Shown in pieces: positions 1 to 9,395 of a stretch of 38,248 nt of DNA. The notes under the pieces are model-generated. The model was not told where the DNA came from. It did not search any database and worked only from the letters and a program-made list of their open reading frames with translations. How positions within the stretch are numbered: position 1 is the first letter of the stretch; every line of letters starts with the position of its first letter. Source of the stretch: Chiloscyllium plagiosum (taxonomy: Eukaryota); assembly GCF_004010195.1 (NCBI RefSeq), contig NC_057754.1, positions 16,474-54,721 of the forward strand, written 5' to 3'. Both the position numbers and the translations under genes were made by a program.

Positions 1-1075
1 CCCTGTCACTATCACCCTGACTCCCCCACACCCCCAGTCACTGTCTCCATGGCCCACCCCACACCCCTGGTCACTATCTCCACTCCCTCCAGTCACTATC
101 GCCTTCCATCTCACCTCTCCCTTCCCCTGGTCACTATGGGTATCCCCTCTATGCCCATCTCACACATCCCTCCACAACTCCCACTCACTGGGAACCCTAT
201 TCCCCTCCCAGTCACTGATCGCCATTGCAGCTCCAGCTTGTTTTCTCTCCATCCTAACTCACTGCCTCCTCTCTTTCACCTTCCTGCCATGAGGATTAGG
301 AATCCCACCCCTATACACCCAGTCATTGCCCCTTTCTCATCCCCTTCCTCCCTTCACCTCCCAACCCAGTGACTGTCCCTTCCCATTCCACTCCCCATCA
401 TCCAAGTCATAGTGACCCTGTCCCATTTTGTTCCCTCTACTAAGTTCCTGCTTCTTACTGATTGTTCCTGTCGACAGTGGCCAGCTGCCCATTCCAGGCT
501 CGGCCATTTCCTCCATTCCCCCTGAGGAATCTCAGGATTGAGGCTGTAGGTAAACCTTACAACCAGGTCTCTCTGGTATGCCAATCTGTAAAGTGATAGT
601 GCTGCAGTATAGGAACTCTCCACTGGCTGTAACTGAGACTGGGTCAGTGAGCTGTTCTGGTTGTGATCAGACATCACTCTGCATTGACAACATCCACATG
701 ATAGCAAGGAGCTCTTCCCCTTAGGCCCAAATTAAATAAGTCTCGTTGTCATCTCAAAAATTCACTTCACCCATTCCCTCCTGTTTCGAACAGTACTGTG
801 TTCTAAGATTAATATGTGCACATCTCCTGACAATAAGCGTTTTCAGCATTGTTTAAACAAATACCATTTTGAATATTGAAACTGTGATCAATTGTTTATT
901 TTTAATCTGAGCTGGAGAGATTTCTATGAAAGGTGAGTATGTTAAGACCAGCTACAATCATGCTTGTATCACTAGATGAATGGCTTCCTGCACCTCTTAT
1001 CCATGGATATCATTTCAGGTTTCACCAAACTTTGTCAGCCTTCGATAATGCTTTTATGTTTTTTTTGAATATCCA

Positions 1076-1270
1076 GCCCCAGAGGGCTGTGGAGGCCAAG
1101 TCTCTGGATACTGTCAAGAAAGAGTTGGATAGAGCTCTGAAGGATAGTGGAATCAAGGGTTATGGGGATAAGGCAGGAGCAGGATACTGATTGTGGATGA
1201 TCAGCCATGATCATAACGAATGGTGGTGCTGGCTCGAAGGGCAGAATGGCCTACTCCTGCACCTATTGTC
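1076..1270 (+). mobile_element. CR1 LINE 3' end fragment
   Basis: Encodes PQRAVEAKSLDTVKKELDRALKDSGIKGYG* plus 3' UTR. Near-identical to the reverse complement of 3500-3695. Confidence 0.85.
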
Positions 1271-1325
1271 CATCACAATGCTCCTTTACAAACTATTTAA
1301 CTCACTCTTACATCGTTACCATAAA

Positions 1326-1740
1326 ACTAGAAATGTTTACAGCACAGAACAAGGCCGTCTGGCCAATCATGGCTGTGCTGCCACATGAGCTGCACAACCT
1401 GATCCCACTCGCCATGCAGTTAACAGCAGCCCAAAGCCCGTATTCAGATATTTTTCAGGGAGCTGAAGGTTTCTACCTCTACTCTCCATTCAGGCCACAT
1501 GCTCCAAACCCCTCACATCTTCATCTCCCCTCTAAACCTTATACCAATTACTTTAAATCTATGCCCCCAGCTCCACCCCACAAATCAGTGATCTCTGTAT
1601 TAAGGGAGACAGGTCCTTCCCATTTTCTCTATCCAGACCCTTCTCAATTGAATCTCCCAACAGATCTCTGCTCCAAGGAAACCAGCCCTAGCCAATTTGG
1701 TCTTTGCTCATCAGCTACATTTTTCTCATGCTGGAAAACA
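1326..1740 (-). mobile_element. Degenerate CR1 LINE 3' fragment
   Basis: Eroded similarity to the CR1 3' ends at 1965-2400 and 9400-9850. Confidence 0.55.
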
Positions 1741-1964
1741 AGGTTGAGATCCATCGCTGAGAGTTGCCTGAGCAACAAAAGATAACACACTGGAACCTAG
1801 GTCACTGTACGGTCAGAAGCTGTAACAGAGACTGCCTGCAGTTTGGTGAAACATCGCAACTTTATTTTGGGACCCACTCAGTGCACCAACAGCTGGTTAC
1901 AAATCACCAGTTACAATTAACGAAACAAGGTGAAACTTGGAGAAGAGGAAGCAGGAGGACGTAT

Positions 1965-2755
1965 GTACATACATACAGCCATACATCATGGAAACAGACT
2001 CTTCGGTCCAACTCGTCTATGCTGACCAGATACCCTAAACCAATCTAGTCTCATTTGCCAGTACTTGGTGCACATCCCTCTAAACCCTCCATATTCATAT
2101 ATTCATCCGGATTCCTTTTAAACGCTGTAATTGTACTAGTCTCCCCTACTTCCTCTGGCAGCTCATTTCACACATGTACGCCTTCTGTGCGAAAAAGTTG
2201 CCCCTTAGGTCCCTTTTATATTTTTCCACTCTCACTTTAAGCATAGGCTCTCTAGTTCTTGACTCTCCAATGCTGGGAAAAGACCTTGTCTATTTACCCT
2301 AACCATGCCCCCTCATAATTTTGTAAACCTCTATAAGGTCACCCCTCAGCCTCCGACACTCCAGGGAAAACAGCCCCAGCCTGTTCAGCCTCTCCCTATA
2401 GCTCAAACCCTCCAACCCTGGCAACATCCTTGTAATTTTTTTTGCACCATTTGAAGTTTAACAACATCCTTCCGATAGCAGGGAGACGAGAATTGAATAC
2501 AGTATTCTAAAAGTGGTCTAACCACCCCCCTCAATGTCCTGTACAGCTGCAATATGACCTCTCAATTCCAAAACTCAAAGTACTGACCAACAAAGCATAC
2601 CAAACGCCGCCTTCACCACCATATCTCCCTGCAACTCCACCTTCAAGGAGCTATGAATTTGCATGCCAAGTGTTCAGCATCACTCCCTAGGACCTTACCA
2701 TTAAGTGTTTAAAACCTGATTGGCCTTACCAAAATGTAGCACCTCACATCTATTT
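1965..2755 (-). mobile_element. CR1 LINE, 5'-truncated
   Basis: Highly similar to 9398-10030 and 18713-19500 (RT C-terminus and 3' UTR). Confidence 0.9.
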
Positions 2756-2945
2756 AAAAACAGGGAATAGAAGGATAGGGACTGCATAGAGGCAAATGAT
2801 CTTTAGTTTAGAAATGTCATGCATCAGCATAGTCTTGATGGACCAGAGCTGAAAAATGTGTTGCTGGAAAAGCACAGCAGGTCAGGCAGCATCCAAGGAG
2901 CAGGAGAATTGATGTTTTGGGCTAGTTCCTGTGCTGTACTGTTCC
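2756..2945 (+). mobile_element. CR1 3' tail interrupted by a short Penelope-derived fragment (about 2845-2922)
   Basis: The insert agagctgaaaaatgtgttgctggaaaagcacagcaggtcaggcagcatcc matches the elements at 8669 and 20355. Confidence 0.65.
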
Positions 2946-3494
2946 TCGTTGTTTCTTTAAGACGGTATTCCTGATCACAGAAACTTTACATGATAACAGC
3001 AATTAGCTCATGTCCTACTGAATGCTTTTTTTGTCAAATATTATAAATCAGTGAGACACACTGATGGAAAAACCACCCTCGTTTCCTGTACCTCAACCCT
3101 TTCGATTTGAGTATCCCGTAGAATATTCAAACCTAAAATGGGGAGATCACTTTATAAAATTTGACTGAAGAAGGAAATTTGTCACAAGTTATACAACCAG
3201 GGAAGCAGACAAACACTGTGCACCTCTGGCCCAGTGCTGCTCATTTCCAGTGTTTTGGACAATAACTCCCTCCACCTGACTCGATGACACTGAGCTCTGC
3301 AAAGTAAAATGGATATGCTCTGGACTAACAACTCTCTGCTGTCAACAAATAAATTAACCTCTTCCTTGACAACACTGTCAAACTTCTCTGGTTTGTAGAC
3401 CAACTCACAGAACAATGAAATAGCCATCCTTCCGACCTAAAACGTTGGCTGTGGAGAGCTGGTCTGTGTTGATTTAAGTGATGGCCTAAGCCAC

Positions 3495-5435
3495 AGACAA
3501 TAAGACAATAGGTGCAGGAGTAGGCCATTCAGCCCTTCGAGCCTGCACCGCCATTCAATATAATCATGGCTGATCATTCCTAATCAGTATCCTGTTCCTG
3601 CCTTATCTCCAAAACCCTTGATTCCACTATCTTTGAGAGCTCTATCCAACTCTTTCTTAAATGAATCCAGAGAGTGGGCCTCCACTGCCCTCTGGGGCAG
3701 GGCATTCCACACAGCCACCACTCTCTGGGTGAAGAAGTTTCTGCTGAGCTCTGTCCTAAATGGTCTACCCCGTATTTTTAAGCTGTGTCCTCTGGTTCGG
3801 CACTCACGCATCAGCGGAAACATGTTTGCTGATACCATCTTCTATATCATTAACATATATTGCAAAAAACTGCGGTCCCAGCACGGATCCCTGCGGTACC
3901 CCACTGGTCACTGCCTGCCATTCCGAAATGGAGCCGTTTATCACTACCCTTTGTTTCCTATCAGCCAACCAATTTTCAATCCAATCTAGTACTTTGCCCC
4001 CAATACCATGCGCCCTAATTTTACTCACTAACCTCCTGTGTGGGACTTTATCAAAAGCTTTCTGAAAGTCCAGGTACACTACATCTACTGGATCCCCCTA
4101 GTCCATCTTCAGAGTTGCATCCTCAAAAAATTCAAGATTAGTCAAGCATGATTTCCCCTTCATAAATCCATGCTGACTCTGTCCTATCCTGTTATTACTA
4201 TGCAGATGTGCAGTAATTTCATTCTTTATAATAGACTCCAGCATCTTTCCCACCACTGAGGTCAGACTAACTNNNNNNNNNNNNNNNNNNNNNNNNNNNN
4301 GGGGAACAAAGAAATGGCAGAGGAATTAAATGGGTACTTCAGATCTGTGTTCACTTGGGAAGACACAAGCAATCTCCCTGAGGTAACAGTGGCTGAAGGA
4401 CCTGAACTTAAGGGAATTTATATTTGCCAGGATTTGGTGTTGGAGAAACTGTTAAGTCTGAAGGTTGATAAGTCTCCGGGGCCTGATGGTCTACATCCCA
4501 GGGTACTGAAGGAGGTGGCTCGGGAAATCGTGGATGCGTTGGTGATTATTTTCCAGAGTTCGATAGATTCGGCATCAGTTCCTGCGGATTGGAGGGTGGC
4601 CAATGTTATTAAGAAAAGTGGGAGAGAGAAAGCAGGAAATTATAGACCGGTTAGTCTGACCTCAGTGTTGGGAAAGATGCTGGAGTCTATTATTAAGGAT
4701 GAAATTACGGCACATCTGGATAGTAGTAACAGGATAGGTCAGAGTCAGCATGGATTTATGAAGGGGATCTTTCTTCATTTTAGGAATGAACTGATCCTGC
4801 AACTTCTGCATTATATACAGAAATATCCGCCATTGTTCCTCCACGGTCTTCCCTGCTAAGGTATTGCACCATTGAACTTTGGCCAGCTCCTCTCTCATAG
4901 CTCCATAGTTCCCTTTATTCAACAGAAATATTGTCACTTCCGATTGTACCCTCTCCCTCTCAAATTGCAGATCGAAGCTTATTGTATTCTGGTCACTACT
5001 TCCCAATGGCTTCTTCACTTCGAGGTCTCTGACCAATTCTGGTTCGTTACATAATACCAGATCCAGAATTGCCTTATCCCTGGTCAGCTCCAGCAGCTCT
5101 AAGAATCCATCTCTGAGGCACTCCACAAAGTCTCTTTCTTGAGGCCCAATACCATCCTGATTCTCCCAGTCTACCTGCATGTTAAAATCCCCCATAACAA
5201 CTGTAGTGACATCTTTGCGACAGGCCAATTTCAGCTCCTGATTTAACTTACATCCGACATCCAGACTACTGTTTGGGGTCCTGTAGATGACTCCCAAGAG
5301 GGTCTTTTTACCCTTAGTATTTCGAAGCTCTATCCACACTGACTCTACATCCCCTGACTCTACATCCCCCTGCACAAGGGACTGAATATCGTCCCTTACC
5401 AACAAGGTCACCCCACCCCCTCTGCCCGTCAGTCT
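3495..5435 (-). mobile_element. Rearranged CR1 LINE(s): minus-strand endonuclease (5435-4766), inverted plus-strand segment (4301-4765), gap, then minus-strand RT/3' end with an internal deletion
   Basis: ORF fragments contain GDFN and DLVLCNE (APE), KSPGPDGLHPRVLKE, QHGFMKG, DFQKAFDKVPH and [10 protein letters not shown]. Confidence 0.9.
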
Positions 5436-5629
5436 GAGCAGAACAAGGAAGCTGAGGGAATCCATGACCAGTCACTGCCTTTTCACAAAGAGCTGGTCCA
5501 CATCATCACTCTCTCCAAACACTGCTGCTCAGAAACCAAATGTGTCAGCTTCACACATACATACAATGAGACAAAATGCACTCCCCAAAACAGCAAGTTA
5601 CAGACCCTCTGCAGTCATTTTAAATAAAC

Positions 5630-5635
5630 TTTATT
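5630..5635 (-). terminator. Probable COX8A polyadenylation signal AATAAA
   Basis: tttatt on the + strand, about 175 nt after the stop codon. Confidence 0.7.
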
Positions 5636-5808
5636 GTAACAGAGACCACTCCAAGACAACAAATCTTCACAAGTCGCATTAAGAAATAAATCTTGAAGGA
5701 GACAGCCAAAGGAATGTCGGTGGCCAAGGGCCAGGCTCACAGAATGGTTGGAGTGTGGAAGAGAGGGCTATGGTTCCTCATATACCACAGTCTAGCTGTG
5801 GATCATCC

Positions 5809-5904
5809 TCATTCCCGTTTCTTGTAGTCATTGACATGAGATAGAAACCAGCTCCCCGGAATCAGAATCACAGCCGAAAACAGGGTGAGTGCGAATAGGG
5901 ACGC
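5809..5904 (-). CDS. COX8A: COX8A coding exon 2 (ASLFALTLFSAVILIPGSWFLSHVNDYKKRE*)
   Basis: Polypyrimidine acceptor ttctccctctccttccctcag. Encodes one hydrophobic helix followed by PGSWFLSHVNDYKKRE, matching the COX8 C-terminal pattern (human PAGWILSHLETYRRPE). The spliced product is 69 aa. The 8A vs 8B paralogue call is inferred from similarity and neighbourhood. Confidence 0.9.
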   Translation of the reverse strand, partial: ASLFALTLFSAVILIPGSWFLSHVNDYKKRE

Positions 5905-5974
5905 CTGAGGGAAGGAGAGGGAGAAAGCAATGGTCAGCAATTACCCTGTCCCCAGGCCACACCCTACTCCATAC

Positions 5975-6460
5975 TTGGGGGAGACACCACCCTCCCCCCC
6001 ACCTCCACCCTGGGGGAGACACCATCCCCCCCGCCCTCGACCCCGGGGGAGACACCCCCCCAGACTCTGGGGGAGACACCACTCTCCCCCACCCCGAGAN
6101 NNNNNNNNNNNNNNNNNNNNNNNNNNNNNNNNNNNNNNNNNNNNNNNNNNNNNNNNNNNNNNNNNNNNNNNNNNNNNNNNNNNNNNNNNNNNNNNNNNNN
6201 NNNNNNNNNNNNNNNNNNNNNNNNNNNNNNNNNNNNNNNNNNNNNNNNNNNNNNNNNNNNNNNNNNNNNNNNNNNNNNNNNNNNNNNNNNNNNNNNNNNN
6301 NNNNNNNNNNNNNNNNNNNNNNNNNNNNNNNNNNNNNNNNNNNNNNNNNNNNNNNNNNNNNNNNNNNNNNNNNNNNNNNNNNNNNNNNNNNNNNNNNNNN
6401 NNGAGACCCTGGGGGAGACACCACCCCCTCCCCCCCCCCCCCGAGACTCTGGGGGAGACT
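5975..6460. repeat. GC-rich degenerate tandem repeat (core TGGGGGAGACACC plus C-runs) in the COX8A intron, spanning an assembly gap
   Basis: The motif recurs on both sides of the N run at 6100-6402. Confidence 0.75.
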
Positions 6461-6527
6461 CCCCGTGGGCCGGGACTGGGGGAGGGTCGCGCTGTCGGAG
6501 GGTCCGCGGCCTCTCGGGTGGACTCAC

Positions 6528-6641
6528 CGCGGGCCCGATCTCGCTGTCGGACGCCTTGCTGTTGAGCCGGGCCCGGGCAATGGTGAAGGGCGGGCGGAGC
6601 GGGGCGGCACGGCCCACGAGCCCCCGGAGGAGAACGGACAT
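6528..6641 (-). CDS. COX8A: Cytochrome c oxidase subunit 8A, coding exon 1 (mitochondrial presequence, MSVLLRGLVGRAAPLRPPFTIARARLNSKASDSEIGPA)
   Basis: ATG at 6641-6639 in a GCCATG context inside a CpG island. The 114-nt exon ends at a GTGAGT donor (6527-6522), phase 0. The Arg-rich presequence resembles the human COX8A N-terminus (MSVLTPLLLRGLTGSARRLP). Confidence 0.9.
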
Positions 6642-6659
6642 GGCGAGTGAAGAGAGTCG

Positions 6660-7330
6660 GCAAGGTGAACGGAAACAGGATACACAACCGGAAACAGGCC
6701 CGAGCACGTGATACAACCGGAAACAGGCTCGAGCACGTGATACAACCGGAAACAGGCCCGAGCACGTGATACAACCGGAAGCGGGCCCGAGCACGTGATA
6801 CAACCGGAAACAGGCTCGAGCACGTGATACAACCGGAAGCGGGCCCGAGCACGTGATTTAACCGGAAGCGGGCCCGAGCACGTGATATAACCGGAACCAG
6901 GCCCGAGCACGTGATATAACCGGAAACAGATTGGTGCACTCTATGGGCGGGCCTTTTTGACCCACGTGGCCTTCGCGGGAATATGACCCGGGGGCTGTAC
7001 CCGGAAGTGAACAGCCGATTGTAATATTTTATTAAACAAATTACAAAACATTGACAGCTGTACACAGGAGACAGCAGTTTTACAAGGGAGAGGAGCAGCA
7101 AAGCTAGGCCCCGAACCCTACCGTTCAACCATTTTACAGGGAGAGGACAAACCTCAAATCCCAGTTCCACATGTGACAAGACAGTGACAATGACATTTGT
7201 ACATTAGACAAGACAGACCCAGCAAGCCCCCGCCCCTCCCACCTTCCGGCCACTCTAAGGCAGCCCGCCCCTACCCACCTTCCGGTTCTCGGTCCACCCC
7301 ATGCCCCGTCAAGTTCTCGGTCCGCCCTGA
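6660..7330 (-). promoter_or_regulatory. COX8A CpG-island promoter
   Basis: Repeated CCGGAA (ETS/GABP) and CACGTG motifs. CCAAT on the minus strand at 6930-6934, GGGCGG at 6945-6950, an extra CACGTG at 6963-6968, CCGGAAGTG at 7001-7009, and more GC-box/TTCCGG motifs at about 7228-7290. Confidence 0.7.
6684..6929. repeat. 29-bp tandem repeat (8 full units + 1 partial) in the COX8A promoter/5' region
   Basis: Unit ACAACCGGAA(A/G)C(A/G)GGCCCGAGCACGTGAT, starting at 6684, 6713, 6742, 6771, 6800, 6829, 6858 and 6887, with a partial copy at 6916. Confidence 0.95.
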
Positions 7331-7614
7331 CACACCTTTCGACCACCTCTAGGACAGCCGATTGTATGTTGCATTTGTATAGCGCCTCATCATGGCTTGT
7401 TATGTACAATTAGGAACAGGATTTAGCTGTTTGAGCCTGTTCTTTATGGGATTATGCCTGATCTGGTATTGCTCACGTTCACTTTCCTGCCCTTTTCCCC
7501 TGTAATCCTTGGTTCCCTGGTTGAAATATATACAAGGACATTGTGGCCCCAAACCACGACCAAATACAATTCACCTCAACCTTTCCAAAGGAAAACAATG
7601 ACAGTCTCCGGAGA

Positions 7615-8345
7615 TGATGTGGAGAGGCCGGTGTTGGACTCGGGTGGACAATGTCAGAAATCACACCACGCCAGGTTATGGTCTGTGAGAGGTAATTTCG
7701 GTTTAAACTTTAAGATGTGCCTGGACCACAGACTGATCTATAATAAAAGACAAAACTTTTGTTTCTTTTCTAGAACATTTTATATGCTCAAAAGTAGAAT
7801 AGATTAAATTGTGCAGAATGCTGACAATTTGTGAGCAGAGTAAAAACAAACAGGCCCTTGATTGATGAAACCATTAACACAGGCAGGGAAGGATGAGTCC
7901 TTGACTGATAAGACTCCAGGATAGGGAAACGACTCGAGAGACATCTGCTACAGATTGCACAGAGAAGAATAAGTCTTTGACTGATAAGACTACAGGGTGA
8001 GAAAAACAACAACTTTAGAGACTCTGGAGACATTTGTTGCAGACTTTGTGATAAGAATAATGATGTTTTTAAGAATGTGAACCTCATGGCTTGTTAGAGC
8101 CAAGGAGAGGAGGGACTTGTACTGGATATAATGGGATACTTTGTAAGCCTCAGCGCGCCTTTTCTTCAAGGGTGCCCAACTCTGCAGACTTGACTTGTTA
8201 ATAAAACTTTGTTTTCCTGAATTTGTCTAGAGCGATTATTGAGAAGCGATTTTCGTTTCTAACATGGTCCAACAGGATTGTATGAAATCACAAGCTTTCA
8301 GAGCGCTGCTCCTTGATCAGGTGAAGTGGAGGGAAGCACACAGGT
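7615..8345 (-). mobile_element. Short Penelope-derived repeat split by a solo LTR
   Basis: Flanks rejoin as aaatcacaccacgccaggttaTGGTCcaacagg...agctttcagagcgctgctccttgatcagg. On the minus strand this gives a decayed hammerhead-like CTGATCA...GAAAGCT. Confidence 0.55.
7684..8264 (+). mobile_element. Solo LTR (581 bp) with 5-bp TSD
   Basis: Termini TGTGAGA...TCTAACA (6/7 inverted match). TSD TGGTC at 7679-7683 and 8265-8269. TATAA at 8127-8131 and AATAAA at 8200-8205. Confidence 0.85.
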
Positions 8346-8668
8346 GCAGAATGTACCTGCTAAGAGAATATAAGAACTAGGAACAGGAGTAGGCCGTCCG
8401 GCCCTTCGAGCCTGCTCTGCCATTCAATAAAAACATGGTTAATCTTTCCATGGACTCAGCTCCACTTAACCCGTGTTTTCACTCTATCCCTTAATTCCTT
8501 TATTTTTGAAAAAAAGTATCTACCTTAGCTTTAAAAGCACTGACTGAAGTAGCGTCACTACTTCCCTGAGCAAGGAATTCCACAGATTAGCAATCCTTTG
8601 TGTGAAGACGTTCCTTCTTAGTTCAGTTCTAAACCTGCTACCTCTAATCTTGAGGCCATGCTCTCTTG

Positions 8669-8814
8669 GGGGAAAGTGAGGACTGCAGATGCTGGAGATC
8701 AGAGCTGAAAATGTGTTGCTGGAAACATGAGCCCAGGCTCATGCCCGAAACGTCGATTCTCCTGCTCCTTGGATGCTGCCTGACCTGCTGCGCTTTTCCA
8801 GCAACACATTTTCA
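8669..8814. mobile_element. Short non-autonomous Penelope-derived element with inverted arms
   Basis: 14-bp TSD GCCATGCTCTCTTG (8655-8668 and 8815-8828). An internally deleted relative of 20355-20574. Confidence 0.8.
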
Positions 8815-9395
8815 GCCATGCTCTCTTGTCCTAGTTTCCCCTACGAGTGGAAACATGCTCTCTATTTCTATTTTATCGATTCCCTTCATAATTTTATGTT
8901 TCTATAAGACCCCCCTTCATTCTTCTAAATTCCAATGAATATAATCCCAGTCTACTCAGTCTCTCCTCATAAGCCAACCCCCTCAACTCCAGAATCAACC
9001 TAGTGTACCTCCTCTGCTCCCCCTCTAGTGGCAGTACATCCTTTCTTAAGTAAGGAGGCCAAATCTGCACAAAGTACTACAGATGTGGCCTCACCAGCAC
9101 CTTGTATAGCTGTAACATACCTCTGCTTTTAATCTCAAACCCTTTAGCAATGAAGGACAAAATTCCATTTGCCTTCTGAATTACTTGTATCTGCAGACCA
9201 ACCTCTGCGGTTCAAGCACAAAGACACCCAGGTCCCTCTGCAAATCAGCATGCTGCAACCTTTTATTATTCAAGTAATAATCTATTTTTCTGTTACTCCT
9301 ACCAAAATACATAACCACATTTATTAATATTGTATTCCATCTGCCAGATCTTTGCCTATTCACTCAATGTATCTATGTTCCTCTGCAAAGTTTCA

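Noticed and set aside
1..430. Pro/Ser/His-rich ORF 49-372
   Set aside because: Low-complexity C-rich sequence with a degenerate gtcact motif and no sign of coding.
1207..1785. 192-aa ORF
   Set aside because: It spans a CR1 3' UTR and an antisense decayed CR1, with no coherent protein features.
6684..6929. Regular short repeats resembling a CRISPR array
   Set aside because: The units are head-to-tail with no unique spacers, there are no cas genes, and the context is vertebrate.
5828..7179. Long overlapping ORFs (198-412 aa) around COX8A
   Set aside because: These are artefacts of N runs, GC richness and the tandem repeat. Only the 38 + 31 codon spliced frame has family similarity.
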